DNA of 63,822 nt from Clostridiales bacterium. GTDB taxonomy: Bacteria; Bacillota; Clostridia; Oscillospirales; CAG-272. The position numbers and the translations under genes are program-made. Within the stretch, counting starts at the first letter, position 1. Each line of letters begins with the position of its first letter. Shown piece after piece: positions 18,251 through 28,477 of this stretch. The notes beneath the pieces were generated by a model, which did not search any database, was not told where the DNA came from, and saw only the letters and a program-made list of their open reading frames with translations. The DNA lies in the NCBI GenBank assembly GCA_012522015.1, contig JAAYLD010000066.1, positions 1 to 63,822 of the forward strand, in the 5' to 3' direction.

Positions 18251-18838
18251 ATGAGAATTATAACAGGATCAGCACGTGGCACAAAACTTGAAGCGCTCGA
18301 GGGCGAGGCGATGCGCCCGACAGGAGGACGTGTTAAGGAAGCTGTCTTTTCAATGATACAGTTTGATATTGAGGGGCGTAAGGTGCTTGATTTATTTGCA
18401 GGATCGGGACAGCTTGCGCTGGAGGCGCTTTCACGCGGAGCTGAGAGCGCTGTAATAATTGATTCATCGGCCGAAGCTGTTGAAATTATAAAAAGAAATG
18501 CAAAAAAAACGCATTTATATGATAAATGCACTATCTCTGTTATGGATTATAAGGCGTATCTATCTCGCCGTTCTTATGATAGCGGTAGTGCAAACGAAAG
18601 CGGCGGTTTTGATATAATCTTCCTTGATCCGCCGTATAAAACCGATTATCTTAAAAAGTCCTTATCAATGATAGCAAGCGGTAGAATAGCAAAGCCAAAC
18701 TCTATAATTATATGTGAGTCAGATCATGAGGATGTATTTTCCGGCGATGAAGAGTTGGCGACAAAATATCGGGTGCTGAAAAAGAATCGTTATGGCAGGT
18801 TATATATAACCTTGCTCACACCAGCATACAACGCTTGA
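18251..18838 (+). CDS. rsmD: 16S rRNA m2G966 methyltransferase
   Basis: MRIITGSARG, RPT..RVKEAVF, LDLFAGSG and FLDPPY motifs. Confidence 0.95.
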   Translation: MRIITGSARGTKLEALEGEAMRPTGGRVKEAVFSMIQFDIEGRKVLDLFAGSGQLALEALSRGAESAVIIDSSAEAVEIIKRNAKKTHLYDKCTISVMDYKAYLSRRSYDSGSANESGGFDIIFLDPPYKTDYLKKSLSMIASGRIAKPNSIIICESDHEDVFSGDEELATKYRVLKKNRYGRLYITLLTPAYNA

Positions 18839-18989
18839 TTTTTACCCGTTGCCCTGTGATGCAAAATAGGTGCATAAAAAACCAAGATACCGGTGTTATG
18901 CATGGTAGGCAGGCAAGCAACAAGTTAGTTAATACCTTATTTTGCGATAAGTAAATTGAAATGAATCAAAGTGGAATAGGGATGGGAAT

Positions 18990-19526
18990 ATGTCGGAGAT
19001 GAAATTTGTAAGGGCGCTTGTTACAGGAAGCTTTGATCCTGTGACGGCGGGGCACGTCGATCTTATCCGCCGCGCTGCGGCAATATTTAATGAAGTTCAC
19101 GCCGTCATTTTCATCAACACGGAAAAAGGCGCTGGCATGTTTTCACCGGAGGTGAGATTATCGCTTCTTCGCGCGGCGACAGCGTCGATTCCAAACGTTG
19201 TTACAGGACTGTCGCGTGGGCTTGTTGCCGATTATATAACAGAGCACAATATAAACGTCATTGCGCGCGGTATTCGCGGGCCAGCGGAATATGAATATGA
19301 GATGATGCTTAGTGAGATAAACAAAAGGCTGACCGGCGGGCGTGTTGACACTGTTGTTTTTCCGGCATCCCCAGAGTTCGGGCATGTCAGCTCGGCTTTT
19401 GCGCGCGACATGGTAATATACGGACGGCCTGAGCTCGCCCTGACAAAAGAAACAATTGTTGAGCTTGAGAGGCTTGGCGGGCATAAGGTGCTCGTCGAAA
19501 AAGAAGAAGACGAAGATAAAGATTAA
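18990..19526 (+). CDS. coaD: Phosphopantetheine adenylyltransferase
   Basis: GSFDPVTAGH, IARGIRG...EYE and VSSAFARD motifs; follows rsmD as usual. Confidence 0.93.
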   Translation: MSEMKFVRALVTGSFDPVTAGHVDLIRRAAAIFNEVHAVIFINTEKGAGMFSPEVRLSLLRAATASIPNVVTGLSRGLVADYITEHNINVIARGIRGPAEYEYEMMLSEINKRLTGGRVDTVVFPASPEFGHVSSAFARDMVIYGRPELALTKETIVELERLGGHKVLVEKEEDEDKD

Positions 19527-19605
19527 GAGCATAACAGAAAATTAACATAGTATAAAAGCATAAATTTTAAAGTAAAAAAACGCAAAACGACATATAAAGG
19601 CGCAC

Positions 19606-19639
19606 ACGCCGGCGGGAAATTCCCCGCCGGCGTTTTTTT
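19606..19639 (+). terminator. Terminator after coaD
   Basis: ACGCCGGCGGG-loop-CCCGCCGGCGT followed by a T tract. Confidence 0.85.
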
Positions 19640-19830
19640 ATTCGGAAGAAGCAGTTATGCGTCTGTATAAAATTTTATCTTCGGCGAAAGCATAATAACC
19701 TGAGGCGAAGAACGTCGCGCAGTGTTGCCATTTAGCGGGCATTGACATAACTTGTGGTCGAAATATGCGCAATATCACATAAAATATAGAAAAAAATCAT
19801 AAAATATTATGAAAATTTTACTATGTGCTA

Positions 19831-19860
19831 TTGACATGATGAAAGAATAGTATGTATAAT
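19831..19860 (+). promoter_or_regulatory. Sigma-A promoter of the dcw cluster
   Basis: TTGACA-18 nt-TATAAT. Confidence 0.75.
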
Positions 19861-19869
19861 AACAGTGAA

Positions 19870-19895
19870 GTGGTGTAATGTGGAGCAAAATGGTG
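19870..19895 (+). promoter_or_regulatory. MraZ binding repeats
   Basis: GTGGTG, GTGGAG and ATGGTG hexamers at exact 10-nt periodicity just downstream of the promoter, matching the known MraZ operator architecture (GTGGAG-like repeats with 4-nt spacers). Confidence 0.8.
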
Positions 19896-19933
19896 AGGCA
19901 TATGCTCAATTTGGAGGGGAGGGGTGAATCGTT

Positions 19934-20359
19934 GTGACATATTTTTTCGGTGAATACCAGCAAGTTATCGATTCTAAAAACCGAATATTCATCCCTGCCA
20001 AGTTTCGTGAAATATTAGGTGAAAAGGCATACATCGCACGGAACGTAGACGGATGCCTATCCATTTATACGGAAGAAGGATGGCGCGCTTACTGCGATAA
20101 GATACTGTCGCTCCCCTCGGCAGAGGGCAGCGCGCTTGCGCGCTTCATATTCCCGGCAACGCTCGATGCGAAGATCGACTCGCAGGGGCGTATAGTTTTA
20201 ACACAGCAGATGAAGGAATACGCTGGGCTTGAAAAGGAAATATGTATAATAGGTGTCGGCGATCACGCAGAGATTTGGGATAAAGCCAGACGCCAGGCAT
20301 ATATAAACAATGAAAAAACGGAGGAGCTGATAGCGCTCATGCTCCGCAAACAGTTTTAA
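19934..20359 (+). CDS. mraZ: Division/cell wall cluster transcriptional repressor MraZ
   Basis: IDSKNRIFIPAKFR and IDSQGRIVL SpoVT/AbrB repeats; GVGDHAEIWD. Confidence 0.96.
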   Translation: MTYFFGEYQQVIDSKNRIFIPAKFREILGEKAYIARNVDGCLSIYTEEGWRAYCDKILSLPSAEGSALARFIFPATLDAKIDSQGRIVLTQQMKEYAGLEKEICIIGVGDHAEIWDKARRQAYINNEKTEELIALMLRKQF

Positions 20360-20364
20360 GATGC

Positions 20365-21453
20365 ATGGAGAAGAAAGCTTCTCATCGAAAGGATAAGAAT
20401 ATAAAAAATATAAATAAGGATAACAATACCCGCCGGAGCGGTGCGGCACGCGAAGGCGATTCCATTATACGGGGAATGGCTGCCGGGGATGCGCTAACAT
20501 CGGAGACAGCTCCCGTGTTTTCGCATCTCCCGGTAATGCTCCACAGTGCTGTTGGGGGCCTTGCAATAAAACCCGGCGGTGTTTACGTTGACTGCACAGC
20601 AGGCGGAGGAGGTCATTCGGAAGCAATAGCCGAGCACTTATCCGGTGGAGGGTTGCTCATTGCTATTGACCGTGATGCCGACGCAATAGAAGCATGTCAA
20701 AAAAGGCTTTCTCGATTTGGCGATACTGTAAAGATTGTCCATGATAATTATGTAAATCTTCCGGCAATACTCGATGATCTTGGGATAAAAGAAATCGATG
20801 GCATTTTAATGGATCTTGGTGTGTCGTCGCACCAGCTTGACACAATAGAACGAGGTTTTTCCTACAGCACAGATAAAGACGCGCCGCTTGATATGCGTAT
20901 GGACAGAAGCTCGCCGCTTGATGCAAGCATAGTTGTAAACAGCTACAGTGAGGACGAGCTTTGCAGAATAATACGCGACTACGGCGAAGAGCGTTATGCA
21001 GCAAGAATAGCCAAAAGGATTGTTGAGGAGCGGGAGCGCGAGCCAATTTTAACGACGCGGCGCCTCTCCGAGATAATTAAATCAGCAGTACCGGCAGCTT
21101 CTGTTCAGCACGGGTCACATCCGGCAAAAAGGACATTTCAAGCGATACGCATAGAAGTAAACGGTGAGCTTGATGCGATTGAACCGACGCTCAGATTTGC
21201 CATCTCCGTGATGAGGAGCGGTGGACGAGCATCGGTGATAACGTTTCATTCGCTTGAAGATAGAATTGTTAAGACTCTTTTTACAGAACTATCGGTTAGA
21301 TGTACCTGTCCGCCGGATTTTCCGGTTTGTGTGTGCGGCAAGCGGCCGTCACTGAAAATTATCAATAAAAAGCCGATAACTGCAGATGAAGAAGAATTGA
21401 AAATGAACCCGCGCAGCCGAAGCGCAAAGCTTCGTATCTCAGAAAAGATATAA
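20365..21453 (+). CDS. rsmH: 16S rRNA m4C1402 methyltransferase
   Basis: HLPVML, VDCTAGGGGHS, DLGVSSHQLD, PLDMRMD, TFHSLEDRIVK and NPRSRSAKLR motifs; about 50 aa N-terminal extension. Confidence 0.97.
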   Translation: MEKKASHRKDKNIKNINKDNNTRRSGAAREGDSIIRGMAAGDALTSETAPVFSHLPVMLHSAVGGLAIKPGGVYVDCTAGGGGHSEAIAEHLSGGGLLIAIDRDADAIEACQKRLSRFGDTVKIVHDNYVNLPAILDDLGIKEIDGILMDLGVSSHQLDTIERGFSYSTDKDAPLDMRMDRSSPLDASIVVNSYSEDELCRIIRDYGEERYAARIAKRIVEEREREPILTTRRLSEIIKSAVPAASVQHGSHPAKRTFQAIRIEVNGELDAIEPTLRFAISVMRSGGRASVITFHSLEDRIVKTLFTELSVRCTCPPDFPVCVCGKRPSLKIINKKPITADEEELKMNPRSRSAKLRISEKI

Positions 21454-21482
21454 CTGGATTGCCGACGGAAGGAGGAGGCGTG

Positions 21483-22511
21483 ATGACAAATCAAACTGCC
21501 GTTTTATATAACGGTCATGTCGCACGCGGCAACAGGGGGACGCGGTCAAATGCTGTTGCCATGCCGAGTGTCCGCCATTATCCTGCTGCAGATGCCGGGA
21601 CCGCTAAGCTCGTGAACAAGCTGCGCTCACGCAGCAGTAAAACTTTTTACGCTATCAGCAGGCAAAACTCATCTGATTTAATGAAAATGGCCTATATGAT
21701 GCCGGCATTTTATCAATCGACACCGGTAGTTAGTAGTGTCAGCGTTAATATAAACGAAAACCGAAATAACATGGTGAGAACAGCACCAGTCCATACAGCA
21801 GCTAAGGTTGGCACAGGCACAAGATATTCTGCTTCTATATCAGCTCAGGCAAAAACAAGAGGAGCGGAAGTTCGAAGACAGCCATATACAGCGGCGGTGA
21901 CCTCATCAAACAGGGTTATAAATAAGCCCGTAAACGGGCGTGTAAACGCACCGGTGAATCAACATTTACACCCGCTTCCGTCATCACAGCAGAAGCAGCT
22001 TCGCTCATCAAGTGTAAGCAAAAACAGCGGATATCCGGCTTCTCGCGCTAACAGTGTAAGCGGACAAAGACGCACACACAATGGTAGGAAAGCATATGCA
22101 AAAGCGCATGGGAATTATCATGCGGTCATAGCAAAAAAACCGATGCCGCTTATGTCGCTTTCACTTATCGTTCTTTGTGCCGCGCTGTTAATGATGATTA
22201 TTTACAGCGCAATGCAGAATTATCAGTATAAAAATGAGATAGCGGAACTTCAGTCAAAACTTACCTCTCTTAAGGCGGAAGCAGAAGATTTAAGGCTTTC
22301 GCTTGAAGCACGCGATGATCTTGCTGAAATTGAGAAGCGTGCCGTTGAGATTGGAATGGTCAAAACGGGTCAGGTCGAACAGCGGTACATAGATATCGGC
22401 GCACCCGATGCTGTTGAGAACTTAAAGACTGAAGGAAATGAACCTGCTACGCTTGCGACGATGTTCAGCGCATTTGGTCGAACGCTCTCAAGATTCTTTT
22501 CGAGAAAGTAA
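21483..22511 (+). CDS. ftsL: FtsL-like cell division protein with about 220 aa N-terminal extension
   Basis: Sits between rsmH and the PBP. Single TM, then a coiled coil ending DLAEIEKRAVEIGMVK; RBS GGAGGAGG. Confidence 0.75.
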   Translation: MTNQTAVLYNGHVARGNRGTRSNAVAMPSVRHYPAADAGTAKLVNKLRSRSSKTFYAISRQNSSDLMKMAYMMPAFYQSTPVVSSVSVNINENRNNMVRTAPVHTAAKVGTGTRYSASISAQAKTRGAEVRRQPYTAAVTSSNRVINKPVNGRVNAPVNQHLHPLPSSQQKQLRSSSVSKNSGYPASRANSVSGQRRTHNGRKAYAKAHGNYHAVIAKKPMPLMSLSLIVLCAALLMMIIYSAMQNYQYKNEIAELQSKLTSLKAEAEDLRLSLEARDDLAEIEKRAVEIGMVKTGQVEQRYIDIGAPDAVENLKTEGNEPATLATMFSAFGRTLSRFFSRK

Positions 22512-22624
22512 AGTTTCCGCTATACAGGGTTAAAAAGCTCGTTCCTTGAGATGTTATTTTAAAACAAGCGGGTTGTGTCATAAGCGAAGCCCGTATTAAG
22601 TAAAATTAATATTGATAGCGATAA

Positions 22625-22664
22625 AAAAGAGTAAGGAGTCAAAAAAACAACTCGTTACTCTTTT
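22625..22664 (+). terminator. Hairpin/terminator between ftsL and the PBP gene
   Basis: AAAAGAGTAAGGAGT...ACTCGTTACTCTTTT. Confidence 0.6.
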
Positions 22665-22769
22665 CTAATCTATTAGCTCTATTAGCTTATTATGTTTTAG
22701 GCCGTGATATTGTTATAAAACTACGAAAAAGCGCCATGGGCATAAATGAAATATTGAGGAGAAGAGTAT

Positions 22770-25136
22770 ATGAATATCAGCAAAAGAATAACAAGACGCG
22801 CGCTTGTTGTACTCGGCGTTTACATCCTCTTGTGGATTTTGCTGTCCGTTGTGCTCTTCAAACTTCAAATACTTTCTTATGATTATTATCAGAACCTTGT
22901 TATCAAGCAGATGACGAAGGAAACAACAGTCACGGCCTCGCGCGGCAGTATTTACGATACAAATATGAATCTTTTGGCCGGCAATAAGACTGTCTGGCTT
23001 ATAGTCATATCTCCGCAGGACATTATTGACGCTATGGCTGACGCTGAAAAAGCTAAGGCGGCTGCTTCTAATGCAACAGAATCCTCCGATACGACAGAAG
23101 ACGATAGAAGAATATATGGGGAGTATGAATATACAGGGCCTGATGGGAAAACAGAAGTGCTGCCAATGAATAAACTCATTGCAAGGGCACTTTCCGATAT
23201 ACTTGGCGTTGATTATGACCGTGTTATAGAACTTGCAGCCAAAAACGGGCGATACTATGAAGTTATAAAAAAGAATGTTGAAAAAGAAGAAGCAGATAAA
23301 GTTCGTGCTTTCATCGACGAATACGGGCTGGAGGATCAGATATACCTAAAAGCAAGCACAAAGCGTTATTATCCGAATTGTTCGCTTGCCAGTCATGTAA
23401 TAGGATTTTGCAATGCTGACGGTGTCGGTGTTTATGGTATTGAAGCATACTACAACGACGTACTTGAAGGAAGTTCCGGCACATACATAACGGCACGAAG
23501 CGGAACGGGCGGCGATTTGCCATATGAATATGAAACATATATTGATGCTCGGGATGGCTATAGCATCGTAACGACAATAGACAGCTATATACAGTACGAG
23601 CTTGAAAACGTCCTCCTTGAAACGATGACCGAGAACAACGCTCAAAACCGCGTTGCTGGTATCGTTATGGATGTAAACACGGGAGCTATACTTGCGATGG
23701 CGACGCTTGGCGGCTTTGATTTAAACAAGCCGTACGAGCTGCCGGATTATTATGCAAGTCTTCTTGATGAAAAGGGTCTTGAGGAGGGAACGGACGAATA
23801 TAATAAAGCTTATTTCGACATTCTTTATGGAATGTGGACGAACAAAGCGGTTACCGAACTTTACGAGCCCGGCTCCACGTTTAAAATTATAACGACATCT
23901 ATAGCACTTGAGACGAACACGTCTAAGCTTACCGATAAATTTACATGCTCAGGAAGCTTAAAGGTTGGCGGCTTTAATATAAGCTGTCATAAGACAATCG
24001 GACATGGCACGCTGAATTTTGCTGAAGCACTGCAGAATTCATGCAACCCTGCCCTGATGACGATAGCGGCACGCGTCGGGCGGGAAGATTTCTATAAATA
24101 TTTTAAAATATTTGGCTATGGCGAAAAAACCGGCATAGACCTACCGGGTGAAGCTAAAGCTTATTACCACAGCTACAGTAATTTTTCTGATGTTTCACTT
24201 GCTGTTTATGCATTTGGTCAGACGTTTAAGGTGACGTCAATACAGCACTTGCTGGCAATAAGCGCGGTTGCTAATGGCGGTTATCTTGTGACGCCTCATG
24301 TAATGCGTGAAATTATTGATTCCGACGGAAATGTTATACAGTCATATGAACCGAATGTTGTAAGGCAGGTTATTAGCACGGATGTAAGTAAAAAGATTTC
24401 AGCTATTCTTGAGGAAGGTGTATCAGGCAGCGGCGGCGCGAAGAACGCATATGTCGCCGGTTATAGGGTAGCAGCGAAGACAGGTACGTCTCAAAAGCGC
24501 GACAAGCTTGATGAGCACGGTCAGGATACGCTTCGCGTAAGCTCCTGCGTCGCTTATGCACCGGTTGATAACCCGCAGGTAGCAGTTTTGATACTTGTCG
24601 ATGAGCCGTCAAGTGGCGTTGTTTATGGCTCGCTTGTCGCAGCACCGTATGTATCAAAGCTACTGTCGTTCGTACTTCCGTATATAGGCATTGAACCGCA
24701 GTATGCGGACAGCGAGGAAGCGTCGATTGAGAAGACAATATCAAATTATGTTGGTATGGACATTGAGGTTGCTAAGGCTGCAGCGGAGGCTGCAGAGCTT
24801 GAATATATCATTGTCGGTGACGGAAGTGAAGTCACAGCGCAGTCACCGTCATCAGGAACAATAGTATCGAAGATATCGAAGCTCCTCGTTCTTTATACTG
24901 GCTCTGAAAAGCCGAAAAATACAGTTGAGGTTCCCGATGTCGTTGGAAAAACGGCAGAAGCGGCAAACAGACTCATAATAAACAAAAAGCTTAATATAAG
25001 AATAGCAGGCGCTGCTAACTATGCGAGCGGCAGCGGAGCAACAGTTATATCACAGAGTCCGGAGGCGGGTACGTTCGTCCCCGAAGGAACTGTCGTAACT
25101 GTTGAGTTCATGCACCTCTCAGATATAAGTGACTAA
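22770..25136 (+). CDS. Class B penicillin-binding protein (FtsI/SpoVD type) with two PASTA domains
   Basis: N-terminal TM, RGSIYD, EPGSTFK (SxxK), SCN, KTGT, and C-terminal PASTA repeats (ISNYVG, VPDVVG). Confidence 0.95.
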   Translation: MNISKRITRRALVVLGVYILLWILLSVVLFKLQILSYDYYQNLVIKQMTKETTVTASRGSIYDTNMNLLAGNKTVWLIVISPQDIIDAMADAEKAKAAASNATESSDTTEDDRRIYGEYEYTGPDGKTEVLPMNKLIARALSDILGVDYDRVIELAAKNGRYYEVIKKNVEKEEADKVRAFIDEYGLEDQIYLKASTKRYYPNCSLASHVIGFCNADGVGVYGIEAYYNDVLEGSSGTYITARSGTGGDLPYEYETYIDARDGYSIVTTIDSYIQYELENVLLETMTENNAQNRVAGIVMDVNTGAILAMATLGGFDLNKPYELPDYYASLLDEKGLEEGTDEYNKAYFDILYGMWTNKAVTELYEPGSTFKIITTSIALETNTSKLTDKFTCSGSLKVGGFNISCHKTIGHGTLNFAEALQNSCNPALMTIAARVGREDFYKYFKIFGYGEKTGIDLPGEAKAYYHSYSNFSDVSLAVYAFGQTFKVTSIQHLLAISAVANGGYLVTPHVMREIIDSDGNVIQSYEPNVVRQVISTDVSKKISAILEEGVSGSGGAKNAYVAGYRVAAKTGTSQKRDKLDEHGQDTLRVSSCVAYAPVDNPQVAVLILVDEPSSGVVYGSLVAAPYVSKLLSFVLPYIGIEPQYADSEEASIEKTISNYVGMDIEVAKAAAEAAELEYIIVGDGSEVTAQSPSSGTIVSKISKLLVLYTGSEKPKNTVEVPDVVGKTAEAANRLIINKKLNIRIAGAANYASGSGATVISQSPEAGTFVPEGTVVTVEFMHLSDISD

Positions 25137-25262
25137 AAATTTCATATGAAATAAACGTTGAAGCGCCAAAACATATAAGCGTTATAGCAGCACGAAAAAC
25201 ACGGACAAAGTAAAAAAAGGACGTTTTTTGAGAAGAATCCAATATAAAATGGAGGCGTCCTT

Positions 25263-26795
25263 TTGAAACTTTCACGTCTTTTTGCAGCGGCCGGCATACC
25301 GTGCCGTTTGCCAGACAGGGAAATTACAGGCATCACATCGGATAGCCGGTGTGTTTATGAGGGATTTATATTTGTCGCTGTGCGCGGAGCGCAAACAGAC
25401 GGCATACGCTTTGCTGCGGATGCTGTTCGGCGCGGGGCTGCCGTGATTGTAGCGGAGACGGAGCCGGAGGGGCTTCGGGTCGGTGATACTGAAGCATCGG
25501 TTGTTATAGTTCCGTCTGCAAGGGAAGCTGTGGCGCGTCTGTGCTCTGCTTGGTATTTTGCCGATGCTGTTGAACGCGGAGGGCGTCGTCCCAGAATCAT
25601 AGCTGTTACCGGCACGAATGGCAAAACGACGGTAACACACATGATAACGGCGATTTTATCGGCGGCGGGGTATAAAACAGGACTTATAGGTACTGTTGGA
25701 TGTATTCTTGGCGGAGAGCGCATCATTGCGCCTGACGGGATGACGACGCCGGCGCCGGAAAACTTTTACCGCATAATGTATGAAATGTACTGCGGTGGCG
25801 CTGAATTTATTGTATTTGAAGCAAGCTCGCATGGCATAGCGCAAGGGCGTCTTGCGGGGCTTCCGCTTGTCGGGCCACTTGATGTGGCCGTATTTACAAA
25901 TCTTACGCCGGAACATCTTGACTACCATCGCGACATAGAAGATTATTTCCAAGTTAAGGCGCGGCTTTTTACAGAATTTTCTCCCGCAACCTCGGTTGTA
26001 AACGTTGACGATCAGTACGGCGAGCTGATTGCTGCCATGTGCACCGGGCGTCTGATTACGGCAGGTGTGCGAGATGACACAGCCGCCGAGTGGAAAGCCG
26101 CTGAGCGTGAGTTTTACGGCACGGGCGGTGTCGGGTATTTGCTTTCATCGCCCGACCTTACGCTTCGTGTGTTTTGTCCGACGCCGGGCGGCTTCACATA
26201 TATAAACACACTTGAAGCTCTTGCGTGCGCCATAGCTGTCGGAGTTGATCCTCCTGTCGCACAAGAGGCAATACGCGTATTTTATGGCGTAAAGGGGCGT
26301 ATTGAGCGCGTGAAAACAGATGCGACAAAGTTCGCGGGGGATGTGTTTATTGATTATGCGCACACACCGGCAGCACTTGAGGGACTTTTGCGGACAGTTC
26401 GTGCTTTCACTGATGCACGCCATAGAATAGTCCTTCTTTTCGGGTGCGGCGGGGATCGTGACAAAGCAAAACGCCCGCTTATGGGCGAGATTGCATCAAG
26501 GCTATCTGATTATGTTATAATTACAAGCGACAACAGGCGTGGGGAATCAGCTTGGCGAATAATTGCCGACATAATGAGCGGCTATAACATCAATACACCG
26601 CACATAATCATATCAGACAGGGAAACTGCTATCCGTCACGCAATTTTGGAGGCAAAAGACGGGGATGTTATACTGCTTGTCGGCAAAGGCCATGAAACAT
26701 ACGATGATGCGGGCGGTATAAAGCGACCGTTTGACGAGCGAGAGGTAGTTTTTGCGGCGGTAAACGACAGATACCGTATAATAAGTGGGAGATAA
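25263..26795 (+). CDS. murE: UDP-MurNAc-tripeptide synthetase
   Basis: TTG start; VTGTNGKTT, EASSHG, FTNLTPEHLDYH, DYAHTP and GCGGDRD motifs; DNRR at the DNPR site. Confidence 0.96.
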   Translation: MKLSRLFAAAGIPCRLPDREITGITSDSRCVYEGFIFVAVRGAQTDGIRFAADAVRRGAAVIVAETEPEGLRVGDTEASVVIVPSAREAVARLCSAWYFADAVERGGRRPRIIAVTGTNGKTTVTHMITAILSAAGYKTGLIGTVGCILGGERIIAPDGMTTPAPENFYRIMYEMYCGGAEFIVFEASSHGIAQGRLAGLPLVGPLDVAVFTNLTPEHLDYHRDIEDYFQVKARLFTEFSPATSVVNVDDQYGELIAAMCTGRLITAGVRDDTAAEWKAAEREFYGTGGVGYLLSSPDLTLRVFCPTPGGFTYINTLEALACAIAVGVDPPVAQEAIRVFYGVKGRIERVKTDATKFAGDVFIDYAHTPAALEGLLRTVRAFTDARHRIVLLFGCGGDRDKAKRPLMGEIASRLSDYVIITSDNRRGESAWRIIADIMSGYNINTPHIIISDRETAIRHAILEAKDGDVILLVGKGHETYDDAGGIKRPFDEREVVFAAVNDRYRIISGR

Positions 26796-26913
26796 TCATT
26801 ATACCAAGCAAATCTGGGTTGGACTTACTCCGGTATAATGTATAACGTCGCATTTGATATACAAGAAAAAAGAAAAGATAGGAGGCAAGTGGTGGCTTCA
26901 CGGTAATAAAGAT

Positions 26914-28458
26914 ATGGAAATAAAAAATAGAAGCGTTAATATAAATAATATTCAAAATGAAGATATAAAGTCAGCCGAAAATATAAAGGAAAGCAACACA
27001 AAGCAAACGGGGGGAGAAAACAGCGCTCTGCTTTCCGTTTGTCCGCTTACAGCGGAGCTGATAGCAAATATAACGGGCGGGGACGTCATACCTGTGAATG
27101 GCGGCTTCGGCGGTGAGTCGAGAGTCTTTACAAAGGATTCCCGCGAGGTGTCGGAGGGATGTATTTTTGTTGCAATACGCGGGGAAAAGTATGACGCACA
27201 TGATTTTATTACGCAGGCTATAGAAGGAGGCGCACGGATAATAATAGCTGAGCGGTGCCCTGCGGCTGATACGCTTCCATGCGGCGCTGATGTTGTAATA
27301 GTCCATAATACCGTCGCAGCAATGGGCGCTCTTGCAGCCTATTTCATAGAAAAGAGCGGCGCAAAAACAATAGCTGTGACAGGCAGTGTCGGTAAAACGA
27401 CGACGAAAGAGTTGATTGCCACTGTTTTATCGGAGCGATACAAAACGCATAAAACGGAAGGCAATAAAAATAATGAGATAGGACTTCCGCTCACAGCGCT
27501 TTCTATGCCATCCGACGCTGAATACGGCGTTTTTGAAATGGGGATGAGCGCTCGTGGCGAGATAGGAGCGCTTTCACGCATTGTAAAGCCCAACATTACC
27601 GTCATAACAAATATCGGTACCGCGCATATGGAGCGTCTCGGCAGCCGCGAAAACATAGCAAAGGCGAAGCTGGAGGTGCTTTGGGGTATGAGCGAGGGCA
27701 GGATCCTTATAATCAACGCGGACGAGCCTCTTCTGACGCATGCTGATGTAAGTCCAGCTAAAGCAGTAACTGTTTCGCTTTACAGCCGATCGGCTGATTA
27801 TCGTGCAGTTAACATCCGTCAGATAGGCGGCGGCATGATATTTGATCTCATCTATAACAGTAAAGTCTGCACGAACGTCGAAATCCCTATACTTGGCACG
27901 CACAATGTTTTGGACGCACTTTACGCCTTCGCCATCGGTATCATCGAGGGAATGACTGAGGAGGAGATTAGGCGCGGGCTTAGGAAATTCCGTGGCGTGT
28001 CGATGAGACAGCGTATATATGACATCTCAGGCGTCACGATAATCGAGGACTGCTATAATGCAAGCCCTGAGTCTATGAGAGCTGGGATTGACGTTCTTTG
28101 CTCCATGGCAAAGGAGAAAGGAGGGCGTCCCGCCGCTCTTCTTGGCGATATGCTTGAGCTTGGCGAATATTCAAGCCTGCTACATGAACAGCTTGGCATA
28201 TACGCGGCGCGCGCCGGTGTGAAACTTCTTTTCACATATGGCCCTTTTGCCGAAAATATAGCTCACTCGGCAATTACAAATGGCATACGAGCTGAAAACG
28301 TTTATGTTAACCTTAATTACACAGATCCTGCATCAACAGGGGAAATGATACTCAGCGCGCTTCGTCCGGGTGATGTACTGCTTGTAAAAGCAAGCCGTGC
28401 AGTCGCAGCAGAGAAGGTTATTGAATATATTAAGGGAAGGAAGTTCGCCGGCGTTTGA
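26914..28458 (+). CDS. murF: UDP-MurNAc-pentapeptide synthetase
   Basis: VTGSVGKTTTKE, NNEIGLP, EMGM, DCYNASPES, GDMLELG and KASR motifs; start position uncertain. Confidence 0.96.
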   Translation: MEIKNRSVNINNIQNEDIKSAENIKESNTKQTGGENSALLSVCPLTAELIANITGGDVIPVNGGFGGESRVFTKDSREVSEGCIFVAIRGEKYDAHDFITQAIEGGARIIIAERCPAADTLPCGADVVIVHNTVAAMGALAAYFIEKSGAKTIAVTGSVGKTTTKELIATVLSERYKTHKTEGNKNNEIGLPLTALSMPSDAEYGVFEMGMSARGEIGALSRIVKPNITVITNIGTAHMERLGSRENIAKAKLEVLWGMSEGRILIINADEPLLTHADVSPAKAVTVSLYSRSADYRAVNIRQIGGGMIFDLIYNSKVCTNVEIPILGTHNVLDALYAFAIGIIEGMTEEEIRRGLRKFRGVSMRQRIYDISGVTIIEDCYNASPESMRAGIDVLCSMAKEKGGRPAALLGDMLELGEYSSLLHEQLGIYAARAGVKLLFTYGPFAENIAHSAITNGIRAENVYVNLNYTDPASTGEMILSALRPGDVLLVKASRAVAAEKVIEYIKGRKFAGV

Positions 28459-28477
28459 TTTCGGCGGCGTGATATTT

